A stretch of 63,971 nucleotides of DNA, filler included, from Phoronis australis (taxonomy: Eukaryota; Animalia; Phoronida), in assembly GCA_002633005.1 (NCBI GenBank). It is 12 parts of 12 records of this genome, joined end to end, with 100 filler letters (N's around TTAATTAATTAA, not from the genome) between each part and the next. Parts side by side here need not be neighbours in the genome. Positions count along the whole stretch, not along the records: positions 1 to 9,837 come from NMRA01000068.1; positions 9,938 to 20,564 come from NMRA01000962.1; 10 more parts are not named here. One strand, written 5' to 3'. Below, piece by piece: positions 1-12,269 of this stretch. A program made the position numbers and the translations under genes. The notes under the pieces are model-generated. The model saw only the letters and a program-made list of their open reading frames with translations, was not told the DNA's origin and did not search any database. Every line of letters begins with the position of its first letter. The stretch's first letter is position 1.

Positions 1-2540
1 TGGAGGCCAGTGGAGGACAGTGGAGGCCAGTGGAGGCCAGTGGTGGCCAGTTCAGGCCAGTGGAGGCCAGTGGAGGCCAGTGGAGGCCAATGGAGGTCAG
101 CGGAGCCGAGTTGAGGCCAGTGGATGCCAGTGGAGGCCAGTGGAGGCCAGTGGAGGCCAGCAGAAACCAGTAGAGCCCAGCAGAGGCCAGTGGAGGCCAG
201 TGAAGGCCAGTGGAGGCCAGTGGAGATCAGGGGAGGCCCGTGGAGTCCCGTCGAGGCCATCGGAGGATAGTGCAGTCCAGTGGAGGCCAGTGGAGGCCAC
301 GAGAGGCCACTGGAGGTCACGGGATGCCACTGGAGGCCACCCGACGCCACTAATAGCCATTGGGCACCACTGGAGGCCACTGCAAGCCACTGGTGGCCAC
401 TGGAGTCCACTGGAGGACACTGGAAGGCACTGGAGGCCACAGGAAGCCACTAGAGGCCACTGGAAGTTATTGAAGGCCACTGGAGGCCACTAGAGGCGAC
501 TGGAGGCCAATGGAGAAAACGGGAAGCCAGTGGAGGACACTTGAGGCCACTGGTGGCCACTGGAGTCCACAAGAGGACACTGGAAGCCAATGGAGGCAAT
601 GGAGGCGACGAGAGGCCACTAGAGGCCACGAGAGAAGCCACTGGAGGCCACTGAAGGCCACTGGCGGCTTCTGGAGGCCACTGGAGACTACGAGAGGCTA
701 CTGGAGGCATAGGCAGGCAACTCAAAGCCAGTGGAGACCACTGGAGTTCACTGGAGTCCACTGGAGGACACTGGAGGCTACTGCAGGCCACTGTAGGCCA
801 CTGGAAGCCAGTGGAATCCACTGGATGTAACTGGAGGCCACTGGAGGCCTCTGGACGCCACTGAAAGCCACTGTAGGCCACTGGCAGCCAGTGGAATCCA
901 CTGGATGTAACTGGAGGCCACTGGATGTAACTGGAGGCCACTGAAGTCCACTGGAGGCCTCTCGACGCCACTGAAAGACACTGAAGGCCACCGGAATACA
1001 CTGGAGGACACTGGAGGCTACGGGATGCAACTGGAGGCCACGGGAGGACACTGGAGGCCAAGCCACGCCACTGGAGCCCTCGGGAGGCCGCTCAATGCCA
1101 CTGAAGGTCAGTGAAGGCTGTTGGAGTCCGCTGGAGGCCGCTGGAGGCCACNAACGGGGGGCCACTGGAGGCCAAGAGAGGCAACTCAAAGCCCCTGGAG
1201 ACCACTGAAGGCTACTATAGTCCACGGGAGGACACTGGAGGCCACGAGAAGCTGCTCAAAGCCACTGGAGTTCAGTGAAGGCCGTTGGAGTCCACTGGAG
1301 GCCTTTGGAGTCCGCTGGAGGCCGCTGGAAGCCATTGTGGGACACGGGTGGCCGCGGGAGGTAGCTGCAGGCCACTGGAGGCCACTGGAGGCCACGGGGG
1401 GCCACTGGAGGCCAAGGGGGCAACTGGAGGCCAAGAGAGACAACTCAAAGCCGCTGCAGGCCGCTGGAGGCCACTGGAGGCCATTGGAGGACACGGGTGG
1501 CCGTGGGAGGTCACTAGTGGCCAATGGAGGCCACTGGAGGAGACACTGGATGCCACAGGAAGCCACTGGAAGCCACTGAAGGTCACTGAAAGCGACTGGA
1601 GGCCACTGCAGGCGACGAGAGACCATTGGAGGCCAGGAGAGGCCACTGCAGGCCACGGGAAGGCCCCGGAGGCCACCCAAGGCTACTAAAAGCCACTGGA
1701 CACAACTGGAGGCCACTGAAGGCCACTGGAGTCCACAGTAAGGCATTGGAGGCCAAAGGAAGCCACTGGAAGCCACGGAAGGCAAGTGAACGACACGGGA
1801 GGCCACTCAAAGCCACTGTGGACAACTGCAGGCCACTGGTGGCCATTAGAGTCCACTGGAAGACACTGGAGGCCACTGGAGGTACTGGAAGCCACTGAAG
1901 GCCACAGGAGGCCACCGGATGCCAACGGGTAGCACTGGATGCCACTGGAGGTCACTGGAGGCCACTGAAGGCCACTGTAGGCCTTTGGGGGCCACTGAAA
2001 GCCACTGGAGACCACCGGAGGCCACTGAACGCCAGTGGAATACACTGGAGGGCACTGCAGGTCACGGGATGCAAGTGGAGGCCACGGGAGGAACTGGAGG
2101 CCAAGCGAGGCCACTGGAGGCACGGGAGGCCGATCAAAGCCACTGGAGGTCAGTGAAGGCAGTTGGAGTCCGCTGGAGGCCCCTGGACGCCGATGGAAGC
2201 CATTGGAGGACAAAGGTGGCCGCGAGAGGCCATTGCAGGCAACTGGAGGCCACTGGAGGCCACGGGAAGCCACTGGAGGCCCCGGGGGGCCACTGGATGC
2301 CACGGGGGGCCATTGGAGGCCAAGAGAGGAAACTCAAAGCCACTGGATACCACTGATGGCCACTATAGTCCACTGAAGACCACTGGAGGATACTGGAGGC
2401 CACTGGAGGCAACTGGAGGCCACCGTAGGCCACTAGATGTCAGTGAAGGCCGCTACAGGCCGCTGGAGGCCACTGGAGGCCACTGGTGGCCAATGGAGGC
2501 CTCTGGAGGCCGTTAGAGGTCAGTGAAGGCCACTGGAGGT
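1..2540 (+). repeat. 10-bp satellite array, unit TGGAGGCCAG (1-~290) switching to TGGAGGCCAC (~290-2540), degenerate
   Basis: 10-bp periodicity directly visible; single-N join at 1152; unit has no stop codon in any frame, which explains the overlapping ORFs. Confidence 0.97.
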
Positions 2541-2906
2541 GGCACAGAATAGTTAGGCTGTGGCCGCAGCCAATTTGCACTCCCAAAATGTTAAAATCTA
2601 GGGCTAGGCCGAGCTTGGAGGCATTTTTTAGTTAGGTATTGTGTGTAGGCCAAGTGAATGTGTTTTTTTGTATTTGTGAACATAAGGAACTAAGTATTAA
2701 TGAGACATATTCTCAGTTGACACTGCTGTGCTTCATGCATTCACATATTTTTAATGTCTTATTTTCTTTGTGTGTTTATTCACCAGCTGATGTCTGAGCA
2801 CTGCACTAGGTGAGTTCAAAAGATTGCTGTACATAAGTGATGGCTTCTGTGGGTATTTTGAATAGTTTGCTGCCGGTGGTTAAATCATTCACTTTCATCT
2901 TTGTAG

Positions 2907-4040
2907 ATGCACGGAAATTTGTGGTGCTGGACTTTGGCCACCCCATCCTCCTGACAGATGTACTTATCCCGTCGTGTACCTACGTCGCATCACTTTCAAT
3001 GGACAACGACTGGTGATAGCTCAGGACATCAGTTCATGCTCGCTAGTCACGAAGGACCTACTACCGCCGATATCTGAAGGTAGCGTCCAGTAAATGGAAG
3101 TTTTGAACACCTGACCTTGGTACTGAATCTCCAAAAGGTTGAGTGACTAAATAGCCTTTACTGGCTACCAACTAACATCTTTCGCATTTTTTCCTGGCTA
3201 GAACTTTTTTACTTCATCTGGTATAAATTGCTCAGTGATAAAGTCATTGCTGCTGTGTACGTCTGGCACTTCTTGGGATGTCATTTGCTGCAGAATAGCA
3301 TCTAATGTCAAAGAAGCAGTCTGGCACTGATAATCTATTGTCAGTAGAACTAATTTTTATGGTGGATTGTTACATGGTTTTGTTGGCAAAACATTAACTA
3401 GCCAGTCAAATGTCTCGCATCCTTGTTTTTTAGATCACTACTGTGGGCGATTATGGTGCTGGCACATCACGTTCCCGTATCCCTGTTGGTTCATTCTACG
3501 GCCATTCTTTCATCTTGCCTTGGTAGGCTGGCCCATCAACCAATAAGCCATCAAGTTCGACCCGATGAGGAGGTACGGCTGTTATCCCAGCTGGGTCTCT
3601 TGAAGGGTCTTCAAGAAGACATTCAGTGCCGCTGCAACCTCGCCTGTAGTCGTGTGAACGCTCTCGTGAGCAGCATAGACTTGAACTCGACAACGTATGA
3701 GGGTGTTTCGCCAGCACAGCGAGAGAAGTCAAAGAGCATTTTGCTGGCACTGAACAGTTGTGCAGCTCTGCAGCTGCAGTTTAATCAGGCCTCGAGAGCC
3801 ATATAGAGAGGCTACAGGGTGCCTTGGGGATCCAATCCGAGGCCAACGTTGGCGAATCCGCCAATTTCAGTGTGTTGCTCAGAAATGCCTCGTCTGATAA
3901 ACTGCGTGTGCTCACGGAGCTTTTGCTGGACATACGCCATCAATACCTTGCATGCCCAAGTCATTATACCTAACCTGCGACGGGCGTTTACTGAGCGCCT
4001 GTTCAAGAGTGTGTGCATCGTGGGTACCCGCCCAATACAG
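2907..4040 (+). pseudogene. BIRC6: Unprocessed BIRC6 (Bruce/Apollon) fragment, two exons 2907-3079 and 3434-4040, with multiple disablements
   Basis: Translated pieces ARKFVVLDFGHPILLTDVLIPSC, GQRLVIAQDIS, RIPVGSFYGHSFILPW, LQEDIQCRCNLACSR and ERLFKSVCIVGT match the recalled BIRC6 motifs ARRFVTLDFGRPILLTDVLIPTC, IPLGFYYGHTYILPW and LQEDIQCRYNLACHR. AG/GT boundaries are present. There is an in-frame TAG after LPW and several frameshifts. Confidence 0.85.
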
Positions 4041-4600
4041 GTGAGCGGTAGCATGTTCTTACTCCGCGTGTGTCATGGCCAACCAGGGCTCAACATTAAC
4101 TTTTAAACCACTTAGTAGTTGAAATTTTTACTTGCCCGAACAACAAACTCACATGCCCAAGTACAATCTGAAATAGCACCGTGCATGTGTACAACTAGGT
4201 AATGTAGTTACCATAGGGCTGTCTGTGCTTAGCCTCCTCTAGTGCTGTGTATCCTATTACTTGAGTTGCTGCATATTTTTAACGATACTTCTTCTAGAAA
4301 CATTTATTCATAAGGTGTGTCAAAACACTAAAGAGACAAATTAGCAGAGTAATATTAAAGTACCGGGTAGTCTGGATTTGCTATCCGTAAAAATCTTGCA
4401 CAGTTTTGGTCATCGGTACCTTGTATTAGTTTAAAATCAAATTTTAACATATAATAACGCCACATGTAGGTTTATTTTCAATAAATAATTACATTTTTTG
4501 AAAAATAAATGGACCGCGAAAAAGTCACCCTTCAAAGCGACAATCCTGAAGACCGTATTCCGCTTCTTTAGGAGTCGCCACCGGGGGCCGAGAATTCATA

Positions 4601-5904
4601 AGGTCGTCTGCCATCTTCTTTCGCGTGCAGCGCAGCCACGTGGGACTTACCGTTCCAATCTGGAATGCTCGTCTGCACATTAGGTACTAACCTCTCGGGA
4701 GACACACGCATGGAAGAACTGAGACGAAAATCGGTGCATTTACCGACTGTTTTTCGAAACCACTTAAAAATTTGCAGATTTTACTAATGCACTTTTTGTT
4801 CATTTTCGGAAGATATTTTCTTCAGACAGAACAAAAAACAACACTGGTATTGTTTATGCAATGTACGTATCTATTTGTTCCATCCACTAACCGACACCTG
4901 TTAGGACAAAGGAAAAACGCAGCAGACAAATGCAACACGCTGTGTGCTTAACAGTTTCGGCCCACGCCTTGGTCATCAAAATATTGTTTACTTGTTTTTA
5001 TTGCAAAACACAATACTGATCTCAACATTTATGTTGAAGTTTTTAGTTAAGGCATTTTGGATTTATTTGAAGAATATTAAAATACTTGAATTGATACAGA
5101 ATGGTCACCTATAAAGTAAAACATTGACTTTATTTCACTATGTTGCATTGTTACGTACAACACAGCATGACATAATTAAAATTAAAAGAAGAGAATGTGG
5201 AATAAAATGCAAATGAAACTTGGGTATTTATTTATTTATTTATGGTTGCCTGTTAAAGGTGAGAAAAATACGATATTGTGTAATTTATTAGAACAACTGT
5301 ATCGAGGTTCAATGATCAACTTCCGCCGACCAAGTCTCAAAGGGTAACAGTTCTGTTTTGGCTGACAAGATGTTAACAGAGAATGAAGAAAAACTGAAAA
5401 GAAAAAGAAAGACAGCAGAGATAAGTGGTGTTAAGTACAACAAGAGCAAAAAGTCAAGTAAAGAGGTCGCAAATAGAAAATAAGTAAGGTCTGTCTGGAA
5501 TGTAAAACAATGGCGATTCATTTTCCAGAACTGAAATTCTGAACCAATTTTAATCGATTTAAAAATCGATATCATACCAGTAAAACACTTTGTGGTTGAA
5601 CTACAATTGTTGTAAACCACTTTCCACTATTTTCTTGGCCTTTTTCTGCGTGGTTTTCTATTCTGTTAAAAGACGGCAGCATATGACGACTATAGGCGTC
5701 ATTATAAAATGGCTGCCGAAATCAATGCACAGTTGAAACAACTCGGCATGAGTAAAAGAAAATGTTTGAATAAACGAATACTATATATTTGTGAGAGCTA
5801 AATCAAATCCTATTCAGAGCATACATGTAACTTTGAAGTGGAATAATTGGGTGAGTACGACAACAAGCCGGTTTTATGCTTAGGCGGACGACCATTGGGT
5901 TCCC
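4601..5904 (+). mobile_element. ~1.2-1.3 kb non-autonomous interspersed repeat with subterminal inverted repeats (Helitron/Helentron-like), copy 1
   Basis: Reverse-complement copy at ~18624-19757 and partial copy at 30729-30800; GGTCGTCTGCC (4602) and GGCGGACGACC (5883) are inverted; classification is inference. Confidence 0.7.
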
Positions 5905-6093
5905 GAAAAAGGCCAAGTAAATAGTGGAAAATTGTTTACAGCAATTCTACTACAACCACAAACTGTTTTACTAGTATGATATCGATTTTTAAATCGATTA
6001 AAATTGATTTAGAATTTCAGTTCTGGAAAATAAATCGCAATTGCTTTATTCCAGATAGATCTTACTTATTTTCAATTTGTGTCCTCTGTATTT
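5905..6093 (-). repeat. Inverted partial copy of the same element (mirrors ~5460-5647)
   Basis: aaaaggccaag...tgatatcgatttttaaatcgattaaaattg...ttcagttctggaaaat is the reverse complement of 5460-5647. Confidence 0.85.
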
Positions 6094-6094
6094 N

Positions 6095-9000
6095 CTCCAC
6101 TGGCCTACACTTGCCTCCACTGGCCTCCACTGGCCTTCACTGACCTCCACTTCCCTCCACAGGCCTCCACTGGACTCCACTGGCCTCCACTGGCCTCAAC
6201 TGGCCTCCACTGGCCTCCAGTGGCCGCCACTGGCCTCCACTGGCCTCCACTGGAATCCACTGTTCTCCACTGGCCTCCAATGGCCTCCACTGTCCTCCAC
6301 TGGCCTAAACTGCCCTCCACGATCCTCCACTGGCCTCCACTGGCCTCCACTGGCCTCCACTGGCCTCCACTGGCCTCCACTGCCCTCCACTGGCCTGCGC
6401 TGGCCTTCACTGGCCTCCGCTGGCCTCCACTGGGCTCCACTGGCCTCCACTGGCCTCCACTGGCCTCCACTGGCCTCCGCTGGCCTCCACTGGCCTCCAC
6501 TGGCCTCCGCTGGGCTCCACTGGCCTCCACTGGGCTCCACTGGCCTCCACTAGCCTGCACTGGCCTCCACTGGCCTGCACTGGCCTGCACTGGCCTCCAC
6601 TGGCCTCCACTGGCCTCCACTGGCCTCCACTGTCCTCCACTGGCCTCCACTGGCCTCCGCTGGCCTCCACTGGCCTCCACTGGCCTCCGCTGGCCTCCGC
6701 TGGCCTCCGCTGGCCTCCGCTGGCCTCCGCTGAACTCCGCTGGCCTCCTCTGGCCTCCAATGGCCTCCACTAGCCTCCGCTGGCCTCCGCTGGCCTCCGC
6801 TGGCCTCTACTGGCCTCCACTGGCCTCAACTGGCCTCCACTGATATGCACTGGCCTGCACTGGCCTGCACTGGCCTCCACTGGCCTCCACAGGCCTCCAA
6901 TGGCCTCCGCTGGCCTCCGCTGGCCTGCGCTGGCCTCCACTGGCCTCCACTGCCCTCCACTGTTCTTCACTGGCCTCCACTGGCCTGCACTGGCCTCCAC
7001 TGGCCTCCGCTGGCCTCCACTGGCCTCCACTGGCCTCCACTGGCCTCCACTGTCCTCCACTGGCCTCCACTGTCCTCCACTGGCCTCCACTGTACTCCAC
7101 TGGCCTCCACTGACCTCCACTGGACTCAACTGGCGTCCAATGGCCTCCATTGGCCTCAACTGGTCTCCACTGGCCTCCACTGGCCTCCGTCGGCCTGAAC
7201 ATGCCTCCACTGGCCTTGTCTGGCCTCCACTGGCCTCCACTGGCTTCCACTGTCCTCCACTGCCCTCCACTGCCCTCCACTGGCGTCCACTTGCCTCCAC
7301 TGGCCTCCACTGGCCACCACTGGCCTCCACTGGGCCCCGCTGCCCCCCCAGCCCCCGCTGGCGTCCGCTGGCCTCCGCTGGACTCCAATGGCCTCCACTG
7401 GCCTCCACTGGCCTCCACTGGTCTCCACTGGCCTCCACTGACCTCCACTGGCCTACACTTGCCTCCACTGGCCTCCACTGGCCTTCACTGACCACCTCCA
7501 CTTGCCTCCACTGGCCTGCGCTCGCCTTCACTGGTTTCCACTGGCCTCCACTGGCCTGCACTGGCTTCCACTGGCCTCCACTGGCCTCCACTGGACTCCA
7601 CTGGCCTCCACTGGCCTCCACTGACCTCCACTGGCCTAAACTGCCCTCCACTGGCCTGCACTGGCCTCCAATGGCCTCCACTGGCCTCCACTGGCCTCCC
7701 GTGGCCTCCACTGGCCTCCACTGTCCTCCACTTGCCTCCACTGGCCTCCACTGGCATGTGCTGGCCTTCACTGGCCTCCGCTGGCCTCCACTGGCCTCCA
7801 CTGGGATCCACTGGGCTCCACTGGCCTCCACTGGCCTCCAGTGGCCTCCACTGGCTTCCACTGGCCTCCACTGGCCTCCGCTGGCCTCCACTGACCTCCA
7901 CTGGCCTCCACTGTCCTCCACTGGCCTCCACTGTCCTCCACTGGCCTCCACTGTACTCCACTGGCCTCCACTGACCTCCACTGGCCTGCACTGCAAACGA
8001 CTGGCCTCCACTGGCCTCCACTGACCTCCACTGGCCTCCACTGGCCTCCATGGCCTCCACTGGCCTCCACTGGCCTCCACGGGCCTCCACTGTCCTCCAC
8101 TGGCCTCCACTGTCCTCCACTGGCCTCCACTGTACTCCACTGGCCTCCACTGACCTCCACTGGCCTCAACTGGCGTCCAATGGCCTCCATTGGCCTCAAC
8201 TGGTCTCCACTGGCCTCCACTGGCCTCCGTCGGCCTGAACATGCCTCCACTGNACTGGCCAGCACTCGCCTCCACTACCCTCCACTGGCGCCCACTGGTC
8301 CCCACTGGCCTCCACTGGCCATCACTGGCCTCCACTGGCCTCCACTGGCCTCCACTGGCCTCCACTGGCCTCCACTGACCTCCACTGTCCAACACTGGCC
8401 TCCACTGGCCTCCACTGGCCTCCACTGCCCTCCACTGCCCTCCACTGGCCCGCACTGCCTTCCACTGGCCTCCACAGTATTCCACAGGCCTCCACTGGAA
8501 TCCACTGTTCTCCACTGGCCTCCACTGGCCTCCACTGGCCTCCACTGGCCTCCACTGGCCTCCACGGTCCTCCACTGGCCTTCTCTGGCCTCCACTGGCC
8601 TGCCCTGCCATCCACTGGCCTCCATTGGCCTCAACTGTCATCCACTGGCCTAAACTGGCCTCCACTGACCTCCACTGTCCTCCACTTGCGTTTACTGGCC
8701 TCCACTGGCCTCCACTGGCCTCCACTGGCCTCCACTGGCCTCCACTGGCGTCCACTGGCTTCCACTGCCCTCCACTGCCCTCCACTGGCCTGCACTGCCC
8801 TCCACTGGCCTCCACTGGCCTGAACATGCCTCCACTGGCCTTGTCTGGACTCCACTGGCCTCCACTGGCCTCCAATGGCCTCCACTGGCCTCCACAGTCT
8901 TCCACAGGCCTCCACTGGCCTCCACTGGCCTCCACTGGCCTCCACTGGCCTCCACTGGCCTCCACTGGCCTCCACTGGCCTCCATTGGCCTCCACTGGCC

Positions 9001-9837
9001 TCCACTGGCCTCCACTGGCCTCCACTGCCCTCCACTGACCTCCACTGGCCTCCACTGGCCTCCTCTGGCCTGAACATGCCTCCACTGGCCTTGTCTGGCC
9101 TCCACTGGCCTCCATTGGCCTCCACTGTCATCCACTGCCCTCCACTGGCCTCCACTGGCCTCCACTTGCCGCCACTGGCCACCACTGGCCTCCACTGGCC
9201 TTCACTGGCCTCCACTGGACTTCACTGGACTCTTCCACTGGCCCCCACTGGCCTCCACTGGCCTCCACTGGCCTGCACTGGCCTCCACTGGCCGCCAATG
9301 GCCTCCACTAGCCTCCACTGGCCTCCACAGGCCCACACTGGCCTCCACGGGCATCCACTGGCCTCCATTGGCCGCCAATGGCCTCTACTAGCCTCTACTG
9401 GCCTCTTCAGGCCTCCACTGTTCTCCACTGGCCGCCAATGGCATCCACTGGCCTCGAGGGTCCTGAACTGGCCTCCACTGGCCTATATTGGCCCCCACTG
9501 CCCTCCACTGGCCTCCACTGGCCTCCACTGGCCTCCACTGGCCTCAACTGCCCTCCACTGGCCCCCAATGGCCTCCACTGGCCTCCACTGGCATACAATG
9601 GCCTCCACTGGCATCCCTTGGCCTCCAATGGCTTCCACTGGTCTCCACTGGCGTCCTTTGGCCTCCACTGGCCAAGACTGTCCTCCATTTACCTCCAAGG
9701 GCCTCCACTGGCCTCCATTTCCCTCCACTGGACTCCACTGGCCTCTGCTGGCCTCCACTGGCCTCCACCGGCCTCCACTGGCCAAGACTGGCCAAGACTG
9801 GCCTTCACAGGCCTCCACTGGCCTCCACTGGCCTCCA
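6095..9837 (-). repeat. 10-bp satellite array, unit CTGGCCTCCA (reverse complement of TGGAGGCCAG)
   Basis: Directly visible periodicity; bounded by a single N at 6094 and the linker at 9838; internal N at 8253. Confidence 0.98.
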
Positions 9838-9937
9838 NNNNNNNNNNNNNNNNNNNNNNNNNNNNNNNNNNNNNNNNNNNNTTAATTAATTAANNNNNNN
9901 NNNNNNNNNNNNNNNNNNNNNNNNNNNNNNNNNNNNN
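9838..9937. other. Artificial scaffold linker N44-TTAATTAATTAA-N44; also at 20565, 23376, 30629, 44821, 47447, 49727, 52465, 56197, 58532 and 60792 (100 bp each)
   Basis: Identical 100-bp spacer eleven times; TTAATTAATTAA places a stop in all six frames. Confidence 0.99.
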
Positions 9938-10899
9938 TCAATAAGTAATAACACTATCAAACTAATGTGCTAAGAATTATATATGTATCATGAATGTCAC
10001 AGATTTCATGACAAATGCATTTGACGAGTCAAACAGATCACTGCTATTATTATTTTAGTCAAGAAGTACCCCGAGGCAGTGGCGGATCTAGGATATCACA
10101 AGGGGGGCAACACATTGTCCGGCTGTAAGCATTTGCGCAAACTGAACCACGATTGTAGATGCGCATAGCACCGAATGGGGTGAGGTCGGAAATTTTTCTG
10201 TTTTTACCTCTAAAAATCAAGCATTTTCCTTGATTCCTGAAGTATTATTCAAGAAAAAAAACACAGAGAACGTGTCAAACAGGAAAACTGAACGTACCAA
10301 AGACTTGAACTCACGCCCTCGTTATCTAAGAATGTATCTCACAGGCGGATCACGCCTTCAGGAGGGATAGAAGGCAGAAATTTATTGGTTTAAGTTTAAA
10401 TATATCTAGGGTATTCCCAGTTTTCTATCCAATGAGGATTGAGACACCATACTCTGTGTTAACTTCTTGTTTGTGAAGTTAATGCCTATTGGCTGTTATT
10501 TCTGGAATTTAGAACCATTTCTTCACAAGCAAATTATCAATCCAAGGAAAAACCAGGAAGCGTGTTAACTTTGTAGTGGTTGTTGTGGTAACTTTTGAAA
10601 GGTTATAACGATATTCCTCCCTGAAATATAGTATGTTTGAAGACTAGAATGAAGGTAATTGCCCTGAATAGTAGCCTAATTGGTGTTACATAACACTGCT
10701 GTCACCACTTAATCATCTGCTAGGGTGCTCCTGTTTATTTTATTTGAATTGACCAGAAACAATAATAAAATGTTCAATTACTAGGAACATTCTACTCTGT
10801 GACTAGCACTGTGCACACACTCACTTGAAATGGCTGCCTTGATATTATACGGACATCATCTCTGCTGCTCTCTCACAGTTCTTGAAGTTTTTATTACGG

Positions 10900-11030
10900 A
10901 GGATAGTGTGGATACTGATGACACTGGTCACATTTAGATATAGACTTCAGTGATTATGGATATGATAGTGTGGATACTGATGGCACTGAGTGGTCAGATT
11001 TAGATACAGATTTCAGTGATCTAGTTTATG
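10900..11030. repeat. ~65-bp imperfect tandem duplication
   Basis: gatagtgtggatactgatg...ggtca.atttagata.aga.ttcagtgat occurs twice. Confidence 0.75.
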
Positions 11031-11575
11031 ATGAGGATATGCTACACAGAAAACTTTCTTGACATGTTTTCTGGAAAGTTAAATGGATTATTTGTAAACA
11101 AACGTCTTTGTTTCTGGAAAACAAAAAGTAAAACTACTTGTTCAACCCTTTATCGATATTGAACTTGGATAAATTTTATATCAACATGAAGCTCATTTAC
11201 TCAAGATGTATTGCTGAAAAATTGGCAGACTGAGTGATGATGTTTTAATTATGTGCAGTGCTTGTGACCTAGTTCTGAATGAAATACCCTCCGACTTCAA
11301 GGGGGGTAGACATTCCACAGCTCAGCCAGGCCACTAAGCAATTTATTCCATATGGTGCTCAGGGTCGAATGAGTTAATAAACTCACCATTTCCCTACGTC
11401 TATGCCGAGGATACTGTGAACTCAGTCGAAACGCATGTACTACGGAGAGGGGGCTACAAATAATTAAACTGCACTACGGATTGAGGACTTTTCAATCAAA
11501 ACATTGGCTTGCAGTAACGGATGGGTATGTCCGAATGTTGGCCTATTGAAATTTTCTGTACGCCAGTGCGGTGCA

Positions 11576-12117
11576 AAAATTTACGGAGTGACACAATACT
11601 TCACAAGATGCGTAGGCTATTTTTAGGGCAAATTAACTATATCCAGCTGTGACAAGTTTCAAGGAGTCCACAGCCATGTAAAGACGACTCTGGACACAGG
11701 GTCGCGTATATTCGTATTTACTAACCGTAGTTACTGTACATGCATGTCGTTGATGGGACTGGCTCTTAGGTCGTAAATAGAAAATGTACATGTAACCGTA
11801 ACACAAGATGAGCTGAAGGAAGACGTTTGCATGGACAACACGTGGAANAAATTTACGGAGTGACACAATACTTCACAAGATGCGTATGCTATTTTAGGGC
11901 AAATTAACTATATCCAGCTGTGACAAGTTTCATGGAGTCCACAGCCATGTAAAGACGACTCTGGACACAGGGTCGCGTATATTCGTATTTACTAACCGTG
12001 GTTACTGTACACGTATGTCGTTGATGGGACTGGCTCTTAAGTCGTAAATAGAAAATGTACATTAACCGTAACACAAGATGAGCTGAAGGAAGACGTTTGT
12101 ATGAACAACACGTGGAA
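11576..12117. repeat. ~270-bp direct duplication across a single N (11848); probable haplotype/overlap assembly artefact
   Basis: aatttacggagtgacacaatac...acaacacgtggaa repeated with few substitutions on either side of the N. Confidence 0.85.
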
Positions 12118-12269
12118 TTACAAAGTTAGTCGGAACCCAAGTGTGATAGATGACTGCTTGCAAAGATACTCTATAATATACTATGTTTTTGCAACTTGTC
12201 CGAAACGACAGGCAATCAAGACATTACGTGTATTTTTATCGATTAGCCCGGTGCCCTATCATGGTTACC

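Noticed and set aside
20-9893. Dozens of long ORFs with WRPVEASGGQ / LASTGLHWPP repeats (up to 781 aa)
   Set aside because: A stop-free 10-bp unit gives the same decapeptide in all frames of a strand; ORFs overlap on both strands and break at random indels. This is satellite, not a structural protein.
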